Numbered from the stretch's first letter, positions 47,974 to 57,834 are shown. The stretch: DNA of 64,000 bases from an uncultured archaeon (GCA_964619365.1 CAZUDQ010000001.1:118503-182502), one strand, 5' to 3'. Translations and numbers: made by a program. The notes: generated from the letters alone by a model not told the origin.

Positions 47974-49467
47974 CTATATTGAATTCGCATCAGCTTCTCC
48001 AAAGAACTTATCTTCAAGCTTAAGGAAAGAAAGGAAAAATCGCATCTCTTTTTCGCTAAATGCCTTAAGAACTCCCATGAGTGCAAAATAAAAGAGTGCT
48101 CCAATGCCACATACGAGGATTATCTCTATCCAGCCTGAAGGGGAAAACGCTAAGACAATAAATGCCATTGCAATTGACGAGATAACTGCCTTTAGAAGGA
48201 ATGGCGCACTTACTTCAAGTTTTACAAACTTCTTTGAGATTATTTGTGAGCTTATGTAAAGTCCGACAAAGGCAATAAATGTTGAAATGGCAGCACCAAT
48301 CAGTCCAAGTGTTGGTACAAGGAATAGGTTAAGTGCTATATTGAGTATTCCAAAGGCTGCAAGTAAAATAGCGTTCCAATAAACTTTTTTCTCTATGAAA
48401 AACACTGTTGAATTTATTGTAAAAAGAGATAGGAATATTGTCGAAATGGCAACAATCGGTGTCACCCACGCAGCACCTGCCAAAAACTCGTTTGTTGCCA
48501 TAGATCTTGTGAACTCAGTTGCAAGGATACTAAGACCAAATGCTGCAGGTATTGCAAGAAGCATGAAATATCGGAAACTGTAGCTTAGGTATTTCATGAC
48601 ATCTTTGCTTCTTGCCTCATCATGGGCGCGCGTGAGTGGGACAAGAAGGTTTATACGTATGGGGTTAAGAAGGATGGAGACTGATGCCCCTATTGTATAG
48701 GCTACAGAATAGACACCAACGGCTGAGGCCCCCAGGAAAAAACCTATGACGTACCTATCGCCAAGATTAAGGAGGTTTGATGAAAAGCTTCCTGCAACCA
48801 TTGGAAAACCAAACTTGACATACTCAAGAGACTGTCTGATGCTTGGTACGGAAGGACCAAAGGTCTTACATACTGCAAGTACACAAAAAATCAGAACTGA
48901 AAGTTGGACTACAATAAAGGACATTACAACCTCATATAAACCCATTCCAAAAAGCAAGAAAATTGATGCCAGTAAAAGAGGACCAAGACTATAGATTATA
49001 AGAAGCGTCGAATAACTGCCCATGCGGCGTTTTATGCGGAATGACTCAAGGAAAGGAGTTAATGGTGCTTGAACTATGAGTAGAATCGCTCCAAGTTGTA
49101 TCACTGCCGTTGCGTCTGGTGCTCCAAAGACCGTATTTGCCAAAAAACTAGCTGAAAAAAATAATACAAGAGCTCCAATAAAAGACATCAATAATGAAAA
49201 GGTTCCGGCAGAGAATATCCCCTTTGAAATCTTCTTTTTGTCATTTTCAGATGACAGCATGCGTATAACACCATAGTTGGAACCCAGATTTATAAATGGC
49301 TGGATAAACGCCAAGGTTACAATAAGGGTTGAATAAACGCCGTACCCTGCCACGCCAAGATAAAGAGTAAGTATCGGAAGAAAGATTATTGGCCTAAGGC
49401 GCATTACTGCCTCTGATATCGCGACTATTCCGACATCCTTTGTAAATTTCTTATATTTGTCACTCAT
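47974..49467 (-). CDS. Wzx/AglR-type oligosaccharide flippase (MOP superfamily, Polysacc_synt)
   Basis: 497 aa with ~14 predicted TM helices. Polysaccharide-biosynthesis flippase-like N-terminus. Located in the glycan locus. Confidence 0.75.
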   Translation of the reverse strand: MSDKYKKFTKDVGIVAISEAVMRLRPIIFLPILTLYLGVAGYGVYSTLIVTLAFIQPFINLGSNYGVIRMLSSENDKKKISKGIFSAGTFSLLMSFIGALVLFFSASFLANTVFGAPDATAVIQLGAILLIVQAPLTPFLESFRIKRRMGSYSTLLIIYSLGPLLLASIFLLFGMGLYEVVMSFIVVQLSVLIFCVLAVCKTFGPSVPSIRQSLEYVKFGFPMVAGSFSSNLLNLGDRYVIGFFLGASAVGVYSVAYTIGASVSILLNPIRINLLVPLTRAHDEARSKDVMKYLSYSFRYFMLLAIPAAFGLSILATEFTRSMATNEFLAGAAWVTPIVAISTIFLSLFTINSTVFFIEKKVYWNAILLAAFGILNIALNLFLVPTLGLIGAAISTFIAFVGLYISSQIISKKFVKLEVSAPFLLKAVISSIAMAFIVLAFSPSGWIEIILVCGIGALFYFALMGVLKAFSEKEMRFFLSFLKLEDKFFGEADANSI

Positions 49468-50369
49468 TGTCTACAGAGTTCCTTAATACCCAGTTCCAGT
49501 GGGGTTTTTGGTTCCCATAAAAGTTCTTTTTTCGCTTTTGAAATATCTGCATGTGAATGCAATATATCTCCTAGTCTAGGCGGCTCAAATGTTATTTTTG
49601 AATTTGATTCACGAGCTAGGACTATTATTTCGGCAAGCTCAAGAACACTTATAGGCGTTCCAGAGGCTATGTTATAAACTCCGGTTTTTCCGACTGCGGC
49701 TACGTTCGCGCGCGCGACATCGCGCGCGTTGACAAAATCGCGCGTTGCCGTGCCATCACCATATATCACGAGAGGCTCTTTTGTTTTTGCGCGTTCTATG
49801 AATTTTGGAATGACTGCGGCATAATCTGATTTTGGATTCTGACGCGCACCATAAACATTAAAATATCTTAGAGAGACACAATTAATACCATAAAGGGAGG
49901 AATATTCCTGCATTAATTCTTCGCCATCAAGCTTGCTCTGTGCATATGGACTCATGGGAAAGGTCTTTGAATCCTCTTTTTTAGGAAGTCCTGGCAAGTC
50001 GCCATAAACAGCTGAGGACGATGCGAAAACTACGTTTTTTGTTCCTGAAGAACGCGCGGCCTCAAGAACGTTTTTTGTGCCTTCAACATTTATCTTATAG
50101 CAAAGATCAGGTTCTGCAATGCTTTGGGGTACACTTGCCATTGCCGCTTCATGGAATACCGTTTCAATGCCCCTAAAAGAGTCTAAAAGGTTTTGCTTGT
50201 CGGTTATATCGCCTTTTACTAGTTCGATGCCCAATGTTTGGAGGAATTGCTTTGAGGGGTTGCCGGGCGCGCTAAGATTATCGAGCACCCTTACTTCCTT
50301 AGAGTCAGAAACCAAGTGTTCTGCTATATGGCTTCCAATAAAGCCCGCACCACCAGTTACAAGATACAT
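49464..50369 (-). CDS. NAD-dependent nucleotide-sugar epimerase (UDP-Glc/GlcNAc 4-epimerase-like SDR)
   Basis: MYLVTGGAGFIGSHIAEHL, YAQSK catalytic motif, 301 aa. Confidence 0.8.
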   Translation of the reverse strand: MYLVTGGAGFIGSHIAEHLVSDSKEVRVLDNLSAPGNPSKQFLQTLGIELVKGDITDKQNLLDSFRGIETVFHEAAMASVPQSIAEPDLCYKINVEGTKNVLEAARSSGTKNVVFASSSAVYGDLPGLPKKEDSKTFPMSPYAQSKLDGEELMQEYSSLYGINCVSLRYFNVYGARQNPKSDYAAVIPKFIERAKTKEPLVIYGDGTATRDFVNARDVARANVAAVGKTGVYNIASGTPISVLELAEIIVLARESNSKITFEPPRLGDILHSHADISKAKKELLWEPKTPLELGIKELCRQ

Positions 50370-50428
50370 TTCCCTTTATTTTTAGTGCCTAGACAAATAA
50401 ACCCGCCAGTCTGTGCTTATTAAAAAGG

Positions 50429-51385
50429 TCAGAATGGGGCGTAAAGAAGAATCGCCAGAAGGACAAACGGTATTTCCATAAGTCCGAAATACTCAACAAG
50501 ACGCTTTTCTGAGATTGGTCCAAACTTTTTTATCATGATTTGTGCAAGACCTACTGGTTTTCCTGGACATGTAAGCTTGCCCCCCTTTGGCGTGCCCCAC
50601 CAGCCTGTTGTTGGAAAGCCGTTTTTTGCCTTTATGACAAAATCCACTATGTATGGAATCATCACGACGACAAGAGCAATCTCAAAGTGTCCTAAGATGC
50701 CCGCACATGCGATTGTAGCGCCAATCATGAGTGTTCCTACATCTCCCATAAAGACTCGCGCTGGATGCTTGTTAAAGCACATAAAGGCTATAAGTGCGCC
50801 AGAGAGCGCAAGGAGTAGTGCTATTGATGCTAAACTGCCTGACCATATCGCAAGAGGTAAGAGTCCAAAAGAGATTATTATCCCTAGACCCGCCTCCATT
50901 CCATTAAAGCCTGCAAACATGTTTGTGAGATTTGCCATTACAGTAACGCCAAGCGGGACAAGAACCAAAGGATAGATTATCGGTAAAGAAACAATACCCA
51001 CAAAGGGCACAAGAAACTCTGGTGAGGATATCGCAAAAAGCGCTATTGGTATTGCTGCAATGACTGGAAGAACCGTCTTTACAGAGTGTCTTATTGAAAA
51101 AAGGTCGTCAATAAGGCCGATAAAGGAAGCAAGAATTGCAGTAAGCGCCCCCGCAATCAATCCAGAATAAAGTCCTGCCGGCGCAACAAAAACAAAAAAA
51201 GCTATTGCGAGGGCAAATCCAAATACAATAGAAAGTCCGCCTATCTCGGCAAGCTCTGGGTGGCCTTCTTTGTTTACATCTTTTCCTACGCGCCCTGCTG
51301 CCTTTAAACGTGGTATTATAAGTGGCAGTAAGGCAAATGTGCCCACAAAGGCTACTAGAAAGGTTCCAAATAGAAGAACTGACAT
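50429..51385 (-). CDS. aglH: UDP-GlcNAc:dolichyl-phosphate GlcNAc-1-phosphate transferase (AglH / GPT / MraY-WecA superfamily)
   Basis: Polytopic membrane protein with NMFAGFNG and FMGDVGTLMIGA signatures of polyprenyl-phosphate HexNAc-1-P transferases. Confidence 0.8.
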   Translation of the reverse strand: MSVLLFGTFLVAFVGTFALLPLIIPRLKAAGRVGKDVNKEGHPELAEIGGLSIVFGFALAIAFFVFVAPAGLYSGLIAGALTAILASFIGLIDDLFSIRHSVKTVLPVIAAIPIALFAISSPEFLVPFVGIVSLPIIYPLVLVPLGVTVMANLTNMFAGFNGMEAGLGIIISFGLLPLAIWSGSLASIALLLALSGALIAFMCFNKHPARVFMGDVGTLMIGATIACAGILGHFEIALVVVMIPYIVDFVIKAKNGFPTTGWWGTPKGGKLTCPGKPVGLAQIMIKKFGPISEKRLVEYFGLMEIPFVLLAILLYAPF

Positions 51386-51399
51386 TTTAGTCTTATTTC

Positions 51400-54300
51400 T
51401 TATTGTATGCGGCTTTTACAGAACTCATCTGTTCCAACACAATAGAAAGTCACATCAACCAGACCTGCAAGATCAGATTTTAACTGCTCGACAATCTCCC
51501 TTTGGATTTCGCAGCTCGCATCACATTCTTCCGTGTAGAAAGCTTCGATTACGGTTTTGCCATCACTTAAGCAGGACTCGCTATCTAACATCTTAAGTGC
51601 CGCAACGTATTCTTCGAGTTCCTTATTTAGTGTGAGTTTTTCTGTTTTGTTGTCATGGGCCACCCCTATTGTCGAACAAAGCTCTTTTGGCTCGCCGTTT
51701 GTTGCAATACATGTGAACGCAGCAAGGACGCCACCTTCGGGCCCTACGATGCCTTCTTTTGCAAAGCGACAGTCCCAGACTACTGCAGGGAAGGTAGAAA
51801 GGTTGTATTCTTTGGCCTTTGCATTGCCGTTGGCATCAAACTTCATCTCAAGCTCCTCCTTATAAGCGTCTGCGACCTTGTCACCTATTGAAACTAGCGT
51901 TACTTCAAAATGAAGTGTTTCATTCTGGAGCGGGTGTCCTTCTGATGCACCATAAGCTTCTTCTGGCGGGAGCGTTAGGTTCTTTGTCTCACCAAGCTTC
52001 ATGTCATTTACTCCAGCGTCAAACCCTGCAATCATCTGTCCGGCACCGATAGTAAACTCAAGAGGTGACCCCCCTATTGAAGACTCAAAGACTGTACCGT
52101 CATCAAGAGTACCTGTGTAATGCACCTTTACTAAAGAGCCTTCTCTTGCAAGGTTCGGGTCAACTGAAAAAAGCCCTTCTTCTGAAACTAGAGGCTCTGA
52201 AATATCTTCTGAACCTGGGACAGGGACCTTATCCGGATAATTTATCCTAAATATTTTAACATTTGGGTACGCGCCGTTTACTGCATCTGCATCAGTCACA
52301 AGTTCGTAATACTCAAGGTCTCTTGCATCTTTGACATAAAGCTCAAAGAACATGGAGTCGCTCCAGCGCTCTGGAGCATGTATGAGTAACTGCGAATCAA
52401 GCCGTGCTAGTTCATCTTTGCCTAAAGAAAGAACGTCGTTTAAGGGAACGCGCTCGCAGTTCTCAGATATCAGGAACTCTCCTGTTGAGCCGTCTGCATA
52501 TTCAAATAGGAGTATGCCACCATAGGCATTTCCATCAGCAAAAGGAAGTCCTCCCGAATTTATCGCGTAAAGCTGGCTTTGTGTTATTGTCTTTCTTTCT
52601 CCATTTTCGACAAGGAATGTCGTCTTAGATGAAGTTGTATATTCCGGGCGGCATATATATTGCCCTTCTTTTGCAAGAGAATATTGGTTAAAGACAGGAT
52701 ATCCTGCTGAGCGGGTAACATGCCCTGTGCCGTTTTCCTCGCGGGCAACGTGCCAGTCAAGAGTCATGTCGCAACATTCTGTTGGCTGCTCTTGGCAACA
52801 CTTTTTGTCAACAACTTTAGTCAAAGCATCGCGCAGGCAGACAATTCCGGAGTCGCATGAGTAAGTTCCATCCTCACTCTTCTTTGCACGCTCTCCTGTT
52901 TCTATATTCTGGCAGACAAACCCTTGGTCGCATGTGCCATTGGAATTTGTCATAAAGCCATTTTGATACTCATAGAAGTTTGTGCCGAGGAACGTGAGTG
53001 CTCCTGCTTTTCCAACAAGTGAATAGTCAAGGATTATATATTTTGTCTTTAAGTCCTTGTTCCAGGGCTGCTCCATTAGCCACTTTGTCGCGGCGTCTTC
53101 GCCACTTTCATTATAGAAGAACCTTGCCGTGCGCATTATGTATTCTTCATTTGCCTGCGTAGGCTCGGTGATTACAGTCGTGTCTGAAAGCGCAGTTATA
53201 ATGTGGCCGTAATCCCACCATGTAAAGACATAATCCCCCGGAACATACGTTCCGTCAATAAACTGGCCGTTTTCTACATTATTTGAAAGCCACTCTATAC
53301 CTGTGACCCATGCCGGGTCGATTGAAGGCGTTCTTGCCGCATAGCCCCAGGAATATGCCGGAGACATCGGCGCGAAGACAAAAATTGCAATAAGTGGGAT
53401 TATTACTATTGGAAGAATAACATTTATCTTTGAAAATTCTGTTCTGTCCTTGGGGAAGAATATTCCGACTAAGGAACCTAAGAGAAGGAAACCAAGTGAC
53501 TGAGAGAATCCAAGTCTTGCCTCACCCCATACAAAGACCATAGCAACTATAAAGAACATAAGGGTTATACAGTAGGCAAGAAGATAGTTATAAAATTTCT
53601 CTTTTTCCTGTTTAAGAAACCAGTAGATTAGCGTTACTGGAAGTAGTATTAGCATAAAGAGTGAAAGACCTTCTGCGATGCCGTAATAATCAAGACCTAC
53701 ATTAAGCTTCTGAGCTATTGAACCTGACGCAAGAGCACCCTGCTCTGAAATAGTCTTTTCGACAAGGAAATTTCTTGTGCCTTCTCCAGCTATGTTGCTG
53801 TAAAGAGAAGATACTGAATTGACTATGTTTGATGGGCCATAATAAACAAGAGCCCCTATTGCCACAACCAGTATGACAACAAAAAGAGGCAACAAGAACT
53901 TCTTTTCAATCGGTTTTTTGGAGTCTTCTTTTTCCTTAAAGAAGTATACTCTTGATACTTCAGAAAGTACTGCAAAAAGAGCGAAGAACCCGAATGAGCC
54001 TATATAGAATATTGAAGGTAAGCCTCCTCCGATTGCAGTTATCCCGCAAAGCGAGACTATTCCTGCGATAAGTCCTGCGCGCGTTATTTTCCACATGTCA
54101 TAACGTCCGATTATTGTAAAGACTGCGAATATGCCAAGTGCGACAAACGGGACTGCATATAAGAACTGTGCACCCCCTGACCAGGTTATGGCAAGCATCA
54201 TAAGTGTGATTCCAGACAATGCGGCAAAAATGACTGAATCACGCGTGCGCTCAACCTTAAATGACTTGGTAAGAAGATAGAAGGCAAAAACTGCTATTGC

Positions 54301-55098
54301 CATACCCATTATATCTTCTTCTATGGCGCCAGCCGTTGACTTTGTAAGAATCATTGGCATTGTTGCAAAGAGGAAGCCTGCTATAACGCCTGTCTTCCAG
54401 TCGCCTGAAAGCTCTTTCATAAAGAAATAAATCATAATTGCGGCAAACGCTGAAATCAAAAGCGGATACAAGATTATTGCCTGCTCAATTCCGATTCCTG
54501 AAGTAAATGCCAGGAACGCATTGTAATAATAAGGCAGGAGTTGACTACCCACTAACCCATAGGGTGGGTTTACGCGGTAATCGGTCGCCAGAATTTCGCC
54601 GTTTTGGTAAAGATCGTGGGTGAATTTATAGTGGTAATACGGGTCGTCCATAGAAATCGGATTTCCAGCCATCGTTCCTTCCATTGCAGGATATGCTCTG
54701 AAACAAACGGCTGTTGCGACAAGAAAGATTATGATTGTCATCTGCAAGCCCAGCTTCTTTGAGACAAGAAGGAGCGCAAGGAGAGTATATACTGCAAAAA
54801 GGAGTATCAAAAGAGGGTTAGCTCCCGTAAACACCGCAATTGCGGCAAGAATTGCTGTTAAGAATATAATGAGATTTGAAAGGTCGCCTTCATAGGGGCC
54901 AATGTTTGTGACTGTCAATATAAGTCCCGCGACAGCAATGACTGCGCAGACTAGGCCCAGAATGATTTGAAATGGTGCAAAAATCGCCCATATGACAAGG
55001 CAGGCAAGAAGCCCCGCAGCAAACAAATAGTGTATAGGCATCCCAGATATACTTGAGATATCTAGAGTCTTTGCCGTTGTTTCGTTTTTTGAGACCAT
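51400..55098 (-). CDS. aglB: AglB/STT3 oligosaccharyltransferase fused to a C-terminal FKBP-type peptidyl-prolyl isomerase domain and a terminal 8-Cys domain (1232 aa)
   Basis: About 17 TM helices, then the WWDYGH catalytic motif (DNA ~53207-53224). Downstream is an FKBP domain VKVHYTGTLDDGTVFESSIGGSPLEFTIGAGQMIAGFDAGVNDMKLGE...LHFEVTLVSI (DNA ~51880-52150). After that comes a ~150-aa domain with 8 Cys. Confidence 0.85.
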   Translation of the reverse strand: MVSKNETTAKTLDISSISGMPIHYLFAAGLLACLVIWAIFAPFQIILGLVCAVIAVAGLILTVTNIGPYEGDLSNLIIFLTAILAAIAVFTGANPLLILLFAVYTLLALLLVSKKLGLQMTIIIFLVATAVCFRAYPAMEGTMAGNPISMDDPYYHYKFTHDLYQNGEILATDYRVNPPYGLVGSQLLPYYYNAFLAFTSGIGIEQAIILYPLLISAFAAIMIYFFMKELSGDWKTGVIAGFLFATMPMILTKSTAGAIEEDIMGMAIAVFAFYLLTKSFKVERTRDSVIFAALSGITLMMLAITWSGGAQFLYAVPFVALGIFAVFTIIGRYDMWKITRAGLIAGIVSLCGITAIGGGLPSIFYIGSFGFFALFAVLSEVSRVYFFKEKEDSKKPIEKKFLLPLFVVILVVAIGALVYYGPSNIVNSVSSLYSNIAGEGTRNFLVEKTISEQGALASGSIAQKLNVGLDYYGIAEGLSLFMLILLPVTLIYWFLKQEKEKFYNYLLAYCITLMFFIVAMVFVWGEARLGFSQSLGFLLLGSLVGIFFPKDRTEFSKINVILPIVIIPLIAIFVFAPMSPAYSWGYAARTPSIDPAWVTGIEWLSNNVENGQFIDGTYVPGDYVFTWWDYGHIITALSDTTVITEPTQANEEYIMRTARFFYNESGEDAATKWLMEQPWNKDLKTKYIILDYSLVGKAGALTFLGTNFYEYQNGFMTNSNGTCDQGFVCQNIETGERAKKSEDGTYSCDSGIVCLRDALTKVVDKKCCQEQPTECCDMTLDWHVAREENGTGHVTRSAGYPVFNQYSLAKEGQYICRPEYTTSSKTTFLVENGERKTITQSQLYAINSGGLPFADGNAYGGILLFEYADGSTGEFLISENCERVPLNDVLSLGKDELARLDSQLLIHAPERWSDSMFFELYVKDARDLEYYELVTDADAVNGAYPNVKIFRINYPDKVPVPGSEDISEPLVSEEGLFSVDPNLAREGSLVKVHYTGTLDDGTVFESSIGGSPLEFTIGAGQMIAGFDAGVNDMKLGETKNLTLPPEEAYGASEGHPLQNETLHFEVTLVSIGDKVADAYKEELEMKFDANGNAKAKEYNLSTFPAVVWDCRFAKEGIVGPEGGVLAAFTCIATNGEPKELCSTIGVAHDNKTEKLTLNKELEEYVAALKMLDSESCLSDGKTVIEAFYTEECDASCEIQREIVEQLKSDLAGLVDVTFYCVGTDEFCKSRIQ

Positions 55099-55119
55099 TT
55101 TATTAAGCTTAAGTTCTTT

Positions 55120-55746
55120 TTACAATAGTTCTGAGAGGTCGAAAATCACTTCGTCTGGATCAGCCTCTTTTGCCACGTCATTGCGCCCGTTAAGCTTAAG
55201 CACTGTATGGCATCCGGCAGCCCTGCCTGCGATTATATCGTACTCTGTATCGCCGATAAATATTGCCTCTTCTGGTTTTACACCAAGCACGGACAATGCT
55301 TTTTCGACTGGTTCTTTGTGTGGTTTTTTGAACTCTGCGTCCTCTTCCCCCACAATTGCGTCAAAAAAGTGCAGGATACCGACTTCGGCTAAGGTCTTTT
55401 CAATCACCCCTCTTGGAGACGTTGAAACGACTGCGAGTTTGCAGTTCCTGTCTTTTAACGACTGTAATGTTTCTGTTATGTTCTTAAAAATCTTAATCTG
55501 CGGTATACCCTCTATCCATACCTCTTTAAAGTCTTCTCTTATCTTTTCTTTTTCGGGGTCTGAAAGGCCGCCAACAAGACGAGGAAGGGTCTCATCTACG
55601 GATTTTCCGAAAAGCTCGCGGGAGAATTCATCTTCAGAGAGTTCCCTTTTGCCATTTAACCTTAATGCAGCGTTAAATGACTCGTGAATATTTTGAAAGG
55701 TGTCGACAAGTGTGCCGTCCATATCAAAAAGAAAAGCTTTATACAT
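55120..55746 (-). CDS. HAD-superfamily hydrolase (phosphoglycolate phosphatase / beta-PGM-like subfamily IA)
   Basis: FLFDMDGTLVDT motif I, STS motif II, GDTEYDI motif IV. Confidence 0.7.
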   Translation of the reverse strand: MYKAFLFDMDGTLVDTFQNIHESFNAALRLNGKRELSEDEFSRELFGKSVDETLPRLVGGLSDPEKEKIREDFKEVWIEGIPQIKIFKNITETLQSLKDRNCKLAVVSTSPRGVIEKTLAEVGILHFFDAIVGEEDAEFKKPHKEPVEKALSVLGVKPEEAIFIGDTEYDIIAGRAAGCHTVLKLNGRNDVAKEADPDEVIFDLSELL

Positions 55747-55805
55747 ATTGCCTCACAAATTTAGCGGCTTATTAGAAGACGTTATTATAAAAGTCAAAGA
55801 ATACC

Positions 55806-57566
55806 ATGAGAATCGCTGTTATTGACAGGGAAAAGTGCAGGAAAGACATCTGTGGGTTTTTGTGTCAGCGTATGTGTCCACGCGTTAGAAGCGGGGATGA
55901 GACGATAATTGCTGATGAAGAGGACGAAACGGGTCGCCCCCTTATAATCGAAAGCCTTTGTGTTGGCTGTGGGATATGTGTCAATAAATGCCCGTTTGGC
56001 GCAATAACTATAACAAATACGCCTGAAGCAGCTGGCGTCCTCACACACCAGTATGGACAAAATGGATTCAGGCTTTTTGGATTGCCAGGTCCACGAGAGG
56101 GAAGTGTTGTTGGTATTCTTGGTGTTAATGGAATAGGTAAATCTACTGCCATAAAGATTCTGTCAAGGCAAGAAGACGCCAATATGGGAAATCTTGAAAA
56201 GACTCCCGAGTGGAGAGAGATTATCGAAGCCTTCCGTGGAAATGAAGTGCAGGCATATCTTGAAAAACTCGCTTCAGGCGCTGCAAAAACTGCATATAAG
56301 CCACAGTATGTTGATATTCTGACAAAGATGCCAGGAACCGTTAAAGACGCCCTTTCAAAGGTATCTAAGGACTATTTGATTGTCGCAAAGGAGCTTGAGC
56401 TTGAAAATATTCTTAGTCGGAAGTTAAAGAATTTATCGGGGGGGGAGCTTCAGCGCGTTGCGATTGCCGTTGCAATGCTTAGGGACGTTGACCTTTACTT
56501 CTTTGACGAGCCAACCTCGTTTCTTGACATATCTCAAAGGCTAAAAGTCGCAAAGAGGATTCGGGCTCTAGCTAAAACCGGAAAAAGTGTTGTTGCCGTA
56601 GAGCACGATTTGATTATCCTTGACTACCTATCCGACTACATCAATATCGCTTTTGGTGAGAAAGGTGCTTTTGGAGTCCTCTCAAAATTAAAAAACACCC
56701 GCGTCGGGATAAACGAATTCTTATCAGGAAAACTTCGCACAGAAAACGTCAGGATTAGGGACTACCCCATACACTATGAGGTAACTGGTGCCAATAAGTT
56801 TTCCGGGGGTGAACTCATGTGTAAGTTCCCAAAGGTCGTTAAGGACTTTGGGGAATTCTCTTTTGAAGCAGAAGCCGGGGAGATACATGCTGGAACAATA
56901 ACTGGCATCCTGGGTCCAAATGCGACTGGAAAGACTACCTTCATGAAGATTCTTACTGGCGCACTGAAAAATGACGGGGAGGATATTGATTTGACTCTTG
57001 ATATTTCATACAAACCTCAATATATCGAGGCCACGCCAGGTACTGTACGGGATGTCCTTAAAGCGGCAACACCCGACCTTTATAAGTCTCATTACAAAAC
57101 TGAAGTTCTTGAACCTATGGGCCTTGAACCGTTCCTTGACCGGGAATTAGGAGAACTCTCTGGAGGAGAGCTTCAGCGTGTAGCGATTGCCGAATGTATC
57201 TCCAGAGATGCTGACATCTATTTCCTTGACGAGCCTTCAGCATACCTTGATGTTGAACAAAGGCTTATTGCGGCGCGTATGATAAGACGCAGAATGGAAA
57301 ACTCACGTAAAAGTGCTATTGTAATCGACCACGACATAGGCTTTATAGATTACATATCAGACAGGATAATGGTCTTTTCCGGAGAGCCAGGAATGCGCGG
57401 CTTTGCAAGTACGCCCAAAGGAATGCGCGCCGGGATGAATGAGTTCCTTAAGCTTATGGAAATAACTTTCAGGCGGGATGAAGAAACAAAACGCCCGAGG
57501 GCAAATAAGCTGGACAGCCAGAAGGACAAAGAACAACGCGCCAAAGGCGAATATTATTATAATTAG
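55806..57566 (+). CDS. abcE1: ABCE1 (RNase L inhibitor / ribosome recycling ATPase): N-terminal 4Fe-4S ferredoxin domains plus twin ABC cassettes
   Basis: CVGCGICVNKCPFGAI Fe-S motif. Two Walker A (GVNGIGKST, GPNATGKTT) and two LSGGELQRVAIA signatures. Confidence 0.9.
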   Translation: MRIAVIDREKCRKDICGFLCQRMCPRVRSGDETIIADEEDETGRPLIIESLCVGCGICVNKCPFGAITITNTPEAAGVLTHQYGQNGFRLFGLPGPREGSVVGILGVNGIGKSTAIKILSRQEDANMGNLEKTPEWREIIEAFRGNEVQAYLEKLASGAAKTAYKPQYVDILTKMPGTVKDALSKVSKDYLIVAKELELENILSRKLKNLSGGELQRVAIAVAMLRDVDLYFFDEPTSFLDISQRLKVAKRIRALAKTGKSVVAVEHDLIILDYLSDYINIAFGEKGAFGVLSKLKNTRVGINEFLSGKLRTENVRIRDYPIHYEVTGANKFSGGELMCKFPKVVKDFGEFSFEAEAGEIHAGTITGILGPNATGKTTFMKILTGALKNDGEDIDLTLDISYKPQYIEATPGTVRDVLKAATPDLYKSHYKTEVLEPMGLEPFLDRELGELSGGELQRVAIAECISRDADIYFLDEPSAYLDVEQRLIAARMIRRRMENSRKSAIVIDHDIGFIDYISDRIMVFSGEPGMRGFASTPKGMRAGMNEFLKLMEITFRRDEETKRPRANKLDSQKDKEQRAKGEYYYN

Positions 57567-57570
57567 TTCA

Positions 57571-57590
57571 ACCCTCGGATGTGCGAGGGT
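57571..57590. terminator. Perfect 7-bp stem / 6-nt loop hairpin between convergent abcE1 and rps27ae
   Basis: accctcg-gatgtg-cgagggt lies 5 nt after the ABCE1 stop and ~37 nt before the S27ae stop on the opposite strand. Confidence 0.4.
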
Positions 57591-57626
57591 CGTACTTAAA
57601 ATCTGTTTATAAATTTCCTTAGAAGA

Positions 57627-57824
57627 TTATTCCTTCTTTGGTATGGATTTTTTCTCCATATACCCGCAGCGTCCGCAGGCTATACGGTCTTTATGTTCTG
57701 CAAGGAATACACCAGGTCCACACTTAGGACAAAACTTGTTTTTCTTTTTGATAGCGTCTCCCTCAATCTCATAGACTTTCCACTTCTGTGAAACTTTCTT
57801 TTTCTTTGTTTCTTTTGCTGCCAT
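57627..57824 (-). CDS. rps27ae: 30S ribosomal protein S27ae (eS31)
   Basis: C4 zinc finger CPKCGPGVFLAEHKDRIACGRCGY in a 65-aa basic protein. Confidence 0.8.
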   Translation of the reverse strand: MAAKETKKKKVSQKWKVYEIEGDAIKKKNKFCPKCGPGVFLAEHKDRIACGRCGYMEKKSIPKKE

Positions 57825-57834
57825 TTTATTCTTA

